Positions 54,043 to 64,000 of a DNA stretch of 64,000 nt are shown here, in pieces. The stretch lies in contig OX597833.1 in NCBI GenBank assembly GCA_951406725.2, positions 3,224,001 to 3,288,000 of the forward strand. The letters are read 5' to 3'. Position numbers and translations under genes: made by a program. The stretch's first letter is position 1. Each line of letters starts with the position of its first letter. The notes beneath the pieces were generated by a model that saw nothing but the letters and a program-made list of their open reading frames with translations, was not told the DNA's origin and searched no databases. Source of the DNA: Octopus vulgaris (taxonomy: Eukaryota).

Positions 54043-54420
54043 TGAATGGAAAAATGGAGACCATCTCCCCCTGTGGGATGAAGTTAAAATAATAGACAGA
54101 GAACACCACTGGAAAATACGAAAACTGAAAGAAGCAGCACATATGCTAAGACACAACAACCTCCTAAGCAGACCGAGTGCAGATATGAGCAGCATATGGG
54201 AACCGGTATTAAGGAAGGATAGGAAAATATTAGACTTTATAAGCCCTAAAAATACACTCCGTAATTGACCACGGGCATATGGCATAGTGGTTAAGAGCAC
54301 AGGTTATTAACCCTAAGATTCCGAGTTCAGTTCCAAGCAATAATAATAACATTGAAAAATACCCTAAGAATGAGAACCCAGGTTCAAAATTTCCCCAAGA
54401 CACCTCATCTCTTAAATATA
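54043..54420 (+). mobile_element. Penelope-like element 3' end: GIY-YIG endonuclease C-terminus (stop at 54268) plus terminal region
   Basis: HLPLWDEVKIIDREHHWKIRKLKEAAHM...NLLSR...MSSIWEPVL matches the C-terminal H..W..vkIld.e.....R...Ea......n..nR.....s..w pattern of PLE endonucleases. The 3' sequence is shared with the hammerhead-bearing fragment at 17461-17627. Confidence 0.75.
54273..54338 (+). promoter_or_regulatory. tRNA-like Pol III cassette (A and B boxes) immediately after the PLE stop codon
   Basis: gggcataTGGCATAGTGGttaagagc...GAGTTCAGTTCC with tRNA-like spacing; the acceptor stem is not complete. Confidence 0.55.
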
Positions 54421-55082
54421 GGTCTGTATCGCTTGGATATTTACCACTTCTGAGGTCCCACTTGCTATGAAACATAAGTAGCCCAGATCTTATATACTCC
54501 ATTCTGTAACTCTTGTATATATTTCATACCCCATACATTGCGATTTTGCTTTTCTCTCTCCTTTCCTTCTTCTTTTCATCTCTTCTTTTTTTCTTCTCCT
54601 TTTCTCTCCTTTTATCCTTTTTTTCTTCGCTTTCACGACTTTTGAATTTTTAAAACTTTTATACTCTGTACGTCATTACTTTGCCTTTCTCCCTCCTTTT
54701 CTTGTTTTTCTTCTTTCCTTTCTTTTCCTTTCACCTGCATGCCTGATTACAAATCTGTCCTCCACCTTCACCACCGCCTAAAGAAACACCTTTTCATCCT
54801 TCCTTTCTGCTGCTTTATTTTCTCTTATTCCGTTCTGCTGAAGAGCATAAGCTCAAAACACAAAAGACTTTCTCACTTCCCTGAGCATCAAACTAATACA
54901 CTTGCTTGTTGTTCATACACCTGTCTTCATCTTTTGGTTTTCTGTAAGGTTCAGCTATACATACATATATATATACTGGAGTAAACACATAAATGTGAAA
55001 CAAGGTGGAAAAAAAAGAGTACTCATATACCAGAGATAAAAGTAATATGCTTTATTTAAAAGCAGTAGAAATATCACAAAAG

Positions 55083-55120
55083 CTGTTACTCAGAGTTTCA
55101 TGTTCCCGTTCGTCGGACAA
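55083..55120 (-). ncRNA. Minimal hammerhead fold (family A)
   Basis: Minus strand TTGT-CCGACGA-ACG(GGAA)CAT-GAA-ACT(CTG)AGT-A-ACAG, with one stem II mismatch. Confidence 0.5.
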
Positions 55121-55503
55121 TTTAAAATAAAATACATATATATAAGAGAACCATCCGAACGTGGCCGTTGCCAGCGCCGCCCTGACTGGCTTCCGTGTCG
55201 GTGGCACGTAAAAAGCCCCATCCGATTGTGGCCATTGCCAGCCTTGCCTGGCCTCTGTGCAGGTGGCATGTAAGAAGCACCCACTACACTCACGGAGTGG
55301 TTGGCGTTAGGAAGGGCATCCAGCCCTAGAAAAATTGCCAGATCAGACTGGGCCTGGCGCAGCCTTCTGGCTTCACAGACCCCAGTTGAACCGTCCAACC
55401 CATGCTAGCATGGAAAACGGACGTTAAGCGATGATGATGATGATGATATATATATATATATGCACACACACAAACACACACATACACACACACATATATA
55501 TAC

Positions 55504-55608
<105 letters not shown>

Positions 55609-55899
55609 TGCATATATATATGTATGTATGTATCTATAGGGCTTCTTTAAGTTTCCATCTACCAAATTCACTTATGAGGTGCTAGTCAACCCAGAGCAAA
55701 ACTAGAAGACACTTGCCCATACATACATACATACATACATACATACATACATACATACATACACACACACATATATATACATACATACATATATCATCAT
55801 CATCATCATCATCGTTTAACGTCCGTTCTCCATGCTAGCATGGGTTGGACGGTTCGACCGGGGATCTGGGAAGCCAGAAGGCTGCACCAGGCTCCGGTC

Positions 55900-55935
<36 letters not shown>

Positions 55936-56334
55936 ATATATATATATACACACACACACATATATACATACATATAAATGTATATACACACATATACACA
56001 TACATTCAAGCATATATACTCTCATTCGTGCACTATCTTCACTAAAGCTTGACCAAATGTTACAAAAACAAAAAAACCATACACACACACAGCACATCAC
56101 GCAGCAGTCGTCCACAGCTTTGCTTATTGACCAAAACGGTACTAGCGCCATAAACCAGTTCTTCTACTGCAGTAACACAGAGACTATTCTGGAATATCGG
56201 CATTTTATTTATTTATTTATTTATTTATATATATATTTGTTTACTTATTTATTTGTTTTTGATATTTAGAAATTAAACTAGCAGCAGCAGCCGCAGCCGC
56301 AGCAGCAGCAGCAGCAAAGCCTGTAACAGTCTTA

Positions 56335-56366
<32 letters not shown>

Positions 56367-56509
56367 AGCAATGATAATAGCAGCAGCAGCAGTGGCCGCA
56401 GCAGCAGCAGCAACCATAACAACATTAATAGTGGAAACAGCCGTAGTTATAGTCGTGAGTAAAAGTAGTCATGTGATGGTTGTCCTTAAATGAAATATGG
56501 ACAACCATA

Positions 56510-58154
56510 GGACTGGTGGTGGTGGCTGTGATGGTGGTTGTGGTGGTGGTGGTCATGGCTGTCGTTGTAGAGATGGTGATTGTCATCATGGTGGTGATGA
56601 TGAAGGTGGCAATGGTGGTGGTGGTGCTGGTGGTGGTGGTGGTGGAAGGTAGTGGTAGTTGTGATGGTAGTGGTGGTGGTGGTAGTGATGGTGGTGGCTG
56701 TGATGGTGGTAGTGGTGTGGTGGTGGTGGAGGGTAGTGGTAGCTGTGATGGTGGTGGTGCTGATGGTGGTGAAGGTGGTAGTGGTGGTGGTGGTGGTGGT
56801 GGTGGTTGTGATGGTGGTGGTGGTGATGGTGATGGTGGTGGTGGTGGTCATGGTACTGATGGTGGTGAAGGTGGTGGTGGCGGTCGTCATCGTGGTTGTG
56901 ATGGCGGTGGTAGTGGTGCTGGTAGTGGTGGTGGCTGTGATGATGGTTGTGGTGGTGGTGGAGGGTTGTGGTAGTTGTGATGGTGGTGGTGGTGGTGGTG
57001 GTGGTGGGTATGTGTGGTGGTGGTGGTGGTGGTGGTGGTGGTGGTGGAGGGTAGGGTAGTTGTGATGGTGGTGGTGGTGGTGGTAGTGATGGTGGTTGTG
57101 GTGGTGGTGGAGGGTAGTGGTAGTTGTGATGGTAGTGGTGGTGGTAGTGATGGTGGTGGTATTGATGGTGGTGGTGGTGGTTGTTGTGATGGTGGTGGTG
57201 GCTGTGATGGTGGTTGTTGTGGTCATGGTACTGATGGTGGTGAAGGTGGTGGTGGTCGTCAGCATCGTGGTTGTGATGGCGGTTGTAGTGGTGGTGGTGG
57301 TGGTGGTGAAGGTGGTGGTGGCCATGACGTTAAATAATGGTGATGATAATGGAGATGATGACGATGATGACGATGATGATGATGATGATGATAGTGCAGC
57401 ATTGAGGATAATGGTTATGACAGCATCATAATTATGACATTGATCATCATCGTCACCACCATCATCGTCACCACCACCACCATCACCACCATCATCATCA
57501 TCACCATCATAATCATCATCATTATTATTATTATTATTATGGTATTTCCAAACAATGGAGAAACTGATGCTGCTGTTGTTGATGGTGATGATGATGATAT
57601 TGTTGTTGATGGTGATGATGATGATATTGTTGTTGGTGGTGATGGTGGCAATGGTAAAGGCGATTGTAACAGCGTTGACAATGGTAGCAAATGATGGTGA
57701 TGATGATGATGATGATCTGGATCATGTGATGAGGAGAAAATGGTAGTGAATACAAATCACTATAATGGTCATTTGGACTGTAAGTGGTGGTAGTGGTTGT
57801 GGTGGTAGCGTTGGTGGTAGTCATGGTACGGTAGTTGTAGTGCTGGTGGTGGTGGTGATAGTGGTGGTAACAGCAATGGTAGTGGTGTTGGCGATTGTGG
57901 TGATGACAGTGGTGGTGATGGTGATGGTGATGGTGGTGGTGGTGGTGGTGGTGGTGGTGATGATGAGAGGTGGTTGTTGTCAGTGGTAGTGGTGCTGAGG
58001 GTTGTGATGACAATGATGAGGATGATGATGATGATGATGATGGTGATGATGGTGATGATGATGATGATGATGATGATGATAATGATGATGATGTTGATGG
58101 TGATGGTGGTAGTGTCAATGGCGATAACCTCCACTGTATATTTATATCACCATC

Positions 58155-58199
<45 letters not shown>

Positions 58200-58200
58200 C
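56510..58200. repeat. (GGT)/(GAT)/(TAA) triplet-based low-complexity region with internal block duplications
   Basis: The blocks ggtcatggtactgatggtggtgaagg and ggagggtagtggtagttgtgat recur. Confidence 0.9.
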
Positions 58201-58423
58201 CTTTCTACTATAGGCACAAGGCCTGAAATTTGGGGGAGGGGGATAATTGATTGCATCGACCCCAGTGTATAACTGGTACTTAATTTCTTGACCCTGAAAG
58301 GATGAAAAGCAAAGTGAACCTCTATAGAATTTGCATTTAGAACGTGGCAACGGGCGGAATACTGCTAAGCATTTCGTCCAGCGCCTTAACAATTCTGCTG
58401 GGGCACCACCCCTAATAATAATA

Positions 58424-58478
<55 letters not shown>

Positions 58479-58512
58479 TAATAATGATAACAATAACATT
58501 GTTATCATCACT

Positions 58513-58915
58513 CGCAGGAGTGGCTGTGTGGTAAGTAGCTTGCTAACCAACCACATGGTTCCGGGTTCAGTCCCACTGCGTGGCATCTTGGGCAAGTGTC
58601 TTCTGCTATAGCCCCGGGCCGACCAATGCCTTGTGAGTGGATTTAGTAGACGGAAACTGTAAGAAGCCCGTCATATATATGTATATATGTGTATGTGTGT
58701 GTCTGTGTGTCTGTGTTTGTCCCCCTAGCATTGCTTGACAACCGGTGCTGGTGTGTTTATGTCCCCGTCACTTAGCGGTTCGGCAAAAGAGACCGAAAGA
58801 ATAAGTACTGGGCTTACAATGAATAAGTCCCAGGGTCAATTTGTTCGACTAAAGGCGGTGCTCCAGCATGGCCGCAGTCAAATGGCTGAAACAAGTAAAA
58901 GAAAAAAAGAAAGAA
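58513..58915 (+). mobile_element. SINE-B copy
   Basis: cgcaggagtggctgtgtggtaagtagc through gaaacaagtaaaaga. Confidence 0.85.
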
Positions 58916-59104
58916 AATTCTTTGATTGGCTCCTCTTGTCCTGTGATGATGTATTTTCTTTGTCATTCTTCTCCAATCACGGAACTTCACAGAAACATCT
59001 CGACTATTATGCAGATTTGTTGTTGTTGTTGTTGTTGATGATGATGATGATGATGATACTGTTGTTGTTGTTTAGATCCGGAACAGTTATACTCATGTAG
59101 GACT

Positions 59105-60025
59105 GTCATCATCATCATCATCATCATCTCCATCATCATCATCATCCCCATCATCATCATCATCATCCTCCTCATCATCATCATCCTCTTCATCATCTTC
59201 ATCCTCATCATCAACATCATCACCACCATCACCACCACCATCATCATCATCATCTCCATCATCATCATCCTCCTCATCATCATCATCTTCATCATCTTCA
59301 TCCTCATCATCAACATCATCACCACCATCACCACCACCATCATCATCATCATCTCCATCATCATCATCCTCCTCATCATCATCATCTTCATCATCTTCAT
59401 CCTCATCATCAACATCATCACCACCATCACCACCACCATCATCATCATCATCTCCATCATCATCATCCTCCTCATCATCATCATCATCTTCATCATCTTC
59501 ATCCTCATCATCAACATCATCACCACCATCACCACCACCATCATCATCATCATCATCATCATTGTCATTGTCGTCGCTGCCGCTGCCACCATCATCTTCA
59601 TCTTCAATGTTATCATCATCATCCTCATCATCAGCTTCATCCTCATCATCAACATCATCACCACCACCACCACCACCACCATCATCATCATCTTCAACGT
59701 CATCATCATCATCCTCATCATCCCTATCATCATCATCATCATCATCACCACCATCACCACCGCCACCATTGTCACTGCCGCCGCCACCATTGTCGTTATC
59801 ATCAACATCATCATCATTGTCATCATCATCTTCATTGTTATTGTCATCGTCATTGCCATCATTGTCGTCATCATCTTCATCATACTCATAATTATCATTA
59901 TCATCTCATTGTCATCACTGCCTCCACCACTACCACCACCACCACTCCTAACATCATCATCATCATCAACAGCAGCAGAAGCAGCAACATCATCATCATC
60001 ACTTTCATTATCATAGTCATCATCT
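59105..60025. repeat. (CAT)n-based repeat with an ~100-bp higher-order unit repeated 3-4 times (59160-59560)
   Basis: cttcatcatcttcatcctcatcatcaacatcatcaccaccatcaccaccacc recurs. Confidence 0.9.
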
Positions 60026-60358
60026 TGTTGGGCAATTTTCTACTGCCAGAATGTCCTTCTTTCCTTCATTCCTTCCTTATTTTATTCGTTCCTTCCTTCC
60101 TTCCTTCCTACCACCAACATTCACCATTTCCCAAGCTCAAGATAATGATTCCCCTTCCCCACCACCTGCACCACTGCATGGCACCTTGGGCAAGTGTCTT
60201 CTACTATAGCCTCAGACTGAACAAAGTCTTGTGAGTGGATTTGGTAGACGGAAACTGAAAGAAGCCCATCGTGTATCTCTCACTCTCTGTGACCGTGTGT
60301 GTACTGTTGGCGATTTTTTTTCCTCCGTCTTCCGTTCTTTGGATCTTTCCTTTTCTTA

Positions 60359-60395
60359 TGTTTCTGACGAAGAGCTCCGCTCAAAACGTTAAACA
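60359..60395 (+). ncRNA. Hammerhead fold (family B), canonical CTGACGA but G12 mutated
   Basis: TGTTT-CTGACGA-A-GAGC(TCC)GCTC-AAA-ACGT-T-AAACA. Confidence 0.45.
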
Positions 60396-60491
60396 CTCCT
60401 TCTTCCCTTCTTTCCTGAGCATCCAATAACACTATACTTGTTCCATGTCCTCACGTTGTTGCATTTTCTCTTTGTGTTATCATGTTTGGAT

Positions 60492-60533
<42 letters not shown>

Positions 60534-60953
60534 CAAACATATATATATATGCCAACCCCCTTTGCTTGTGAAGACATGTTGGGGCAAGCGAAATCGAAAT
60601 CGAATTGAACCAGCCAGGATCCCTGGTCTGGTGGTATGTAAAAAGCACTATCCGACTCGTGGCCGATGCCAGCACCGCCTCGACTGGCTTCCGTGCCGGT
60701 GGCACATAAAATACACCAATCTGACCGTGGCCGTTGCCAGCCCCGCCTGGCACCTGTGCAGGTGGCACGTAAAAAGCACCCACTACACTCACGGAGTGGT
60801 TGGCGTTAGGAAGGGCATCCAGCTGTAGAAACATTGCCAGATTAGACTGGAGCCTGGTGCAGCCTTCTGGCTTCCCAGAACCCCGGTCGAACCGTCCAAC
60901 CCATGCTAGCATGGAGAACGGACGTTAAACGACGATGATGATGATGACGATGA

Positions 60954-61002
<49 letters not shown>

Positions 61003-61004
61003 TG

Positions 61005-61061
<57 letters not shown>

Positions 61062-61064
61062 TAT

Positions 61065-61517
61065 ACTTACTTTGATACTTTGATAGGTTTCGGCCATTAT
61101 TGGCCCAGGCCATGTCTAACTTAATAGCACCACCTGGTGAAGTCTTTCAAGTCAGAATTTGGGCACTATGGCCCACTCAAGTAGAGAGTTATTGTTTACA
61201 GAGACATATCCGGGTGTAGGGGGTTTATCCGGGATTTCTTGAAGGAATCTGTCCAAAGACTTCTTGAACCCTATAGGGTCAGTTTCTGTTTTAATGTGTT
61301 TTGGTGTAATGTTAAAGAGAGCGGGGCCAATTGAGGTGAAATAATTGTGCCGTATTGTTGTTATGAGATGAGAGTGCGATTTTTGTTTTGGGCGGATGGC
61401 ACGGGGCCCAAGCCTTGGATGTACCTTAAAGGTGATGCCAACATCATTTGGGCAATGCTGATGGAATATTTTCCACATCATGCAGATGATGTAGCGCTCA
61501 CGACGACGTTGGAGAGA
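61065..61517 (-). mobile_element. CR1/L2-group LINE 3' end, uninterrupted ORF2 C-terminus (stop at 61152), inserted in (TA)n
   Basis: [17 protein letters not shown]...[13 protein letters not shown]...[16 protein letters not shown], followed by a short 3' UTR and a (tatcaaag)n-like tail. Confidence 0.8.
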
Positions 61518-61536
61518 ATATATATATATATGTTTG

Positions 61537-61567
<31 letters not shown>

Positions 61568-61572
61568 GTTTG

Positions 61573-61631
<59 letters not shown>

Positions 61632-61904
61632 ATATATGTATATATATATATATATATGCATGAGTGTGTGTGTCTTTGTGTTTATGTTTGTTCTTCCACC
61701 ATCACTTGACAGTCAATGTTGGTATGTTTATGACTCAGTAACTTAGCAGTTCAGCAAAAAAGACCAATAGAATAAGTACTAGGCTTACAAAAAAATAAGT
61801 TCTGAGGTCGATTTCTTTAAGGCGGTGCTCCAGCATGGCCACAGTCAAAATGACTGAAACAGGGAGAAGAATAAACAAATACAGCAAATGGCTAGAGAGA
61901 TCCA

Positions 61905-62070
61905 TCATCATCATCATCGTGGTTTAACATCCATTTTCCATGCTGGGAAAGATTGGACGGTTTGACTGGGGACTGGCAGGCCAGGAGCCTGCACCAGGCC
62001 CCAATCTGATTTAGGAAGGTTTCTACAGCTGGATGCCCTTCCTAACACCAACCACTCTGAGAGTGTAGTG
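61905..62070 (-). mobile_element. SINE-C 3' end from which the 66-bp array emerges
   Basis: catcatcat...ttccatgctgg...ctacagctggatgcccttcctaacaccaaccactctgagagtgtagtg leads directly into the first unit. Confidence 0.8.
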
Positions 62071-64000
62071 GGTGCTTTTTACATGCTAGCTACAAGGGAA
62101 TCAGTCAGGTGACACTGGGATTGATGATGCTCAAATGGTGCTTTTTACATGCTAGTGGCACAGGAGCCAGTCAGGTGGCACAGGCATTGATGATGCTCAA
62201 ATGGTGCTTTTTACATGCCAGTGGCACAGGAGCCAGTCAGGTGGCACAGGCATTGATGATGCTCAAATGGTGCTTTTTACATGCCAGTGGCACAGGAGCC
62301 AGTCAGGTGGCACAGGCATTGATGATGCTCAAATGGTGCTTTTTACATGCCAGTGGCACAGGAGCCAGTCAGGTGGCACTGGCATTGATGATGCTCAAAT
62401 GGTGCTTTTTACATGCCAGTGGCACAGGAGCCAGTCAGGTGGCACAGGCATTGATGATGCTCAAATGGTGCTTTTTACATGCCAGTGGCACAGGAGCCAG
62501 TCAGGTGGCACAGGCATTGATGATGCTCAAATGGTGCTTTTTACATGCCAGTGGCACAGGAGCCAGTCAGGTGGCACTGGCATTGATGATGCTCAAATGG
62601 TGCTTTTTACATGCCAGTGGCACAGGAGCCAGTCAGGTGGCACTGGCATTGATGATGCTCAAATGGTGCTTTTTACATGCCAGTGGCACAGGAGCCAGTC
62701 AGGTGGCACAGGCATTGATGATGCTCAAATGGTGCTTTTTACATGCCAGTGGCACAGGAGCCAGTCAGGTGGCACTGGCATTGATGATGCTCAAATGGTG
62801 CTTTTTACATGCCAGTGGCACAGGAGCCAGTCAGGTGGCACAGGCATTGATGATGCTCAAATGGTGCTTTTTACATGCCAGTGGCACAGGAGCCAGTCAG
62901 GTGGCACTGGCATTGATGATGCTCAAATGGTGCTTTTTACATGCCAGTGGCACAGGAGCCAGTCAGGTGGCACAGGCATTGATGATGCTCAAATGGTGCT
63001 TTTTACATGCCAGTGGCACAGGAGCCAGTCAGGTGGCACAGGCATTGATGATGCTCAAATGGTGCTTTTTACATGCCAGTGGCACAGGAGCCAGTCAGGT
63101 GGCACTGGCATTGATGATGCTCAAATGGTGCTTTTTACATGCCAGTGGCACAGGAGCCAGTCAGGTGGCACTGGCATTGATGATGCTCAAATGGTGCTTT
63201 TTACATGCCAGTGGCACAGGAGCCAGTCAGGTGGCACAGGCATTGATGATGCTCAAATGGTGCTTTTTACATGCCAGTGGCACAGGAGCCAGTCAGGTGG
63301 CACAGGCATTGATGATGCTCAAATGGTGCTTTTTACATGCCAGTGGCACAGGAGTCAGTCAGGTGGCACTGGCATTGATGATGCTCAAATGGTGCTTTTT
63401 ACATGCCAGTGGCACAGGAGCCAGTCAGGTGGCACTGGCATTGATGATGCTCAAATGGTGCTTTTTACATGCCAGTGGCACAGGAGCCAGTCAGGTGGCA
63501 CAGGCATTGATGATGCTCAAATGGTGCTTTTTACATGCCAGTGGCACAGGAGCCAGTCAGGTGGCACTGGCATTGATGATGCTCAAATGGTGCTTTTTAC
63601 ATGCCAGTGGCACAGGAGCCAGTCAGGTGGCACAGGCATTGATGATGCTCAAATGGTGCTTTTTACATGCCAGTGGCACAGGAGCCAGTCAGGTGGCACA
63701 GGCATTGATGATGCTCAAATGGTGCTTTTTACATGCCAGTGGCACAGGAGCCAGTCAGGTGGCACTGGCATTGATGATGCTCAAATGGTGCTTTTTACAT
63801 GCCAGTGGCACAGGAGCCAGTCAGGTGGCACTGGCATTGATGATGCTCAAATGGTGCTTTTTACATGCCAGTGGCACAGGAGCCAGTCAAGTGGCACAGG
63901 CATTGATGATGCTCAAATGGTGCTTTTTACATGCCAGTGGCACAGGAGCCAGTCAGGTGGCACTGGCATTGATGATGCTCAAATGGTGCTTTTTACATGC
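62071..64000. repeat. 66-bp tandem array, at least 29 units, running off the window end
   Basis: Unit ggtgctttttacatgccagtggcacaggagccagtcaggtggcac(a/t)ggcattgatgatgctcaaat; units start at 62071+66k. Confidence 0.97.

Noticed and set aside
62071-64000. 66-bp array as a CRISPR array or C/D snoRNA cluster
   Set aside because: There are no unique spacers and no cas genes, and the context is eukaryotic. TGATGA is present but there is no D box (CTGA) on that strand, and the unit derives from a retroposon VNTR.

Overview
This is AT-rich eukaryotic DNA dominated by microsatellites. It is most likely from a coleoid cephalopod (Octopus), inferred from the SINE families and the dense (TA)n/(CA)n/triplet tracts; this is not verified. 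Almost every ORF in the supplied track is a microsatellite artefact. Supportable content: (i) many copies of at least four SINE-like families; (ii) 5'-truncated 3' ends of RTE-, CR1/L2- and R4/Dong-type LINEs and of a Penelope-like element (GIY-YIG C-terminus); (iii) TTAA-, hAT-, Tigger- and Helentron-type non-autonomous DNA elements; (iv) a tRNA-Asp(GTC) with a T-stem lesion; (v) a 66-bp tandem array grown out of a retroposon VNTR; (vi) two candidate exons of a minus-strand secreted-protein gene, plus an inverted decayed paralogue of exon 2. The most striking unexplained signal is about 13 minimal type I hammerhead-ribozyme folds in six unrelated sequence families. Many sit in fold-back cassettes inserted in (TA)n tracts, several carry a non-canonical CCGANGA core, and one family links to a GIY-YIG end followed by a tRNA-like Pol III cassette. 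All structures were read by eye and none were computed.
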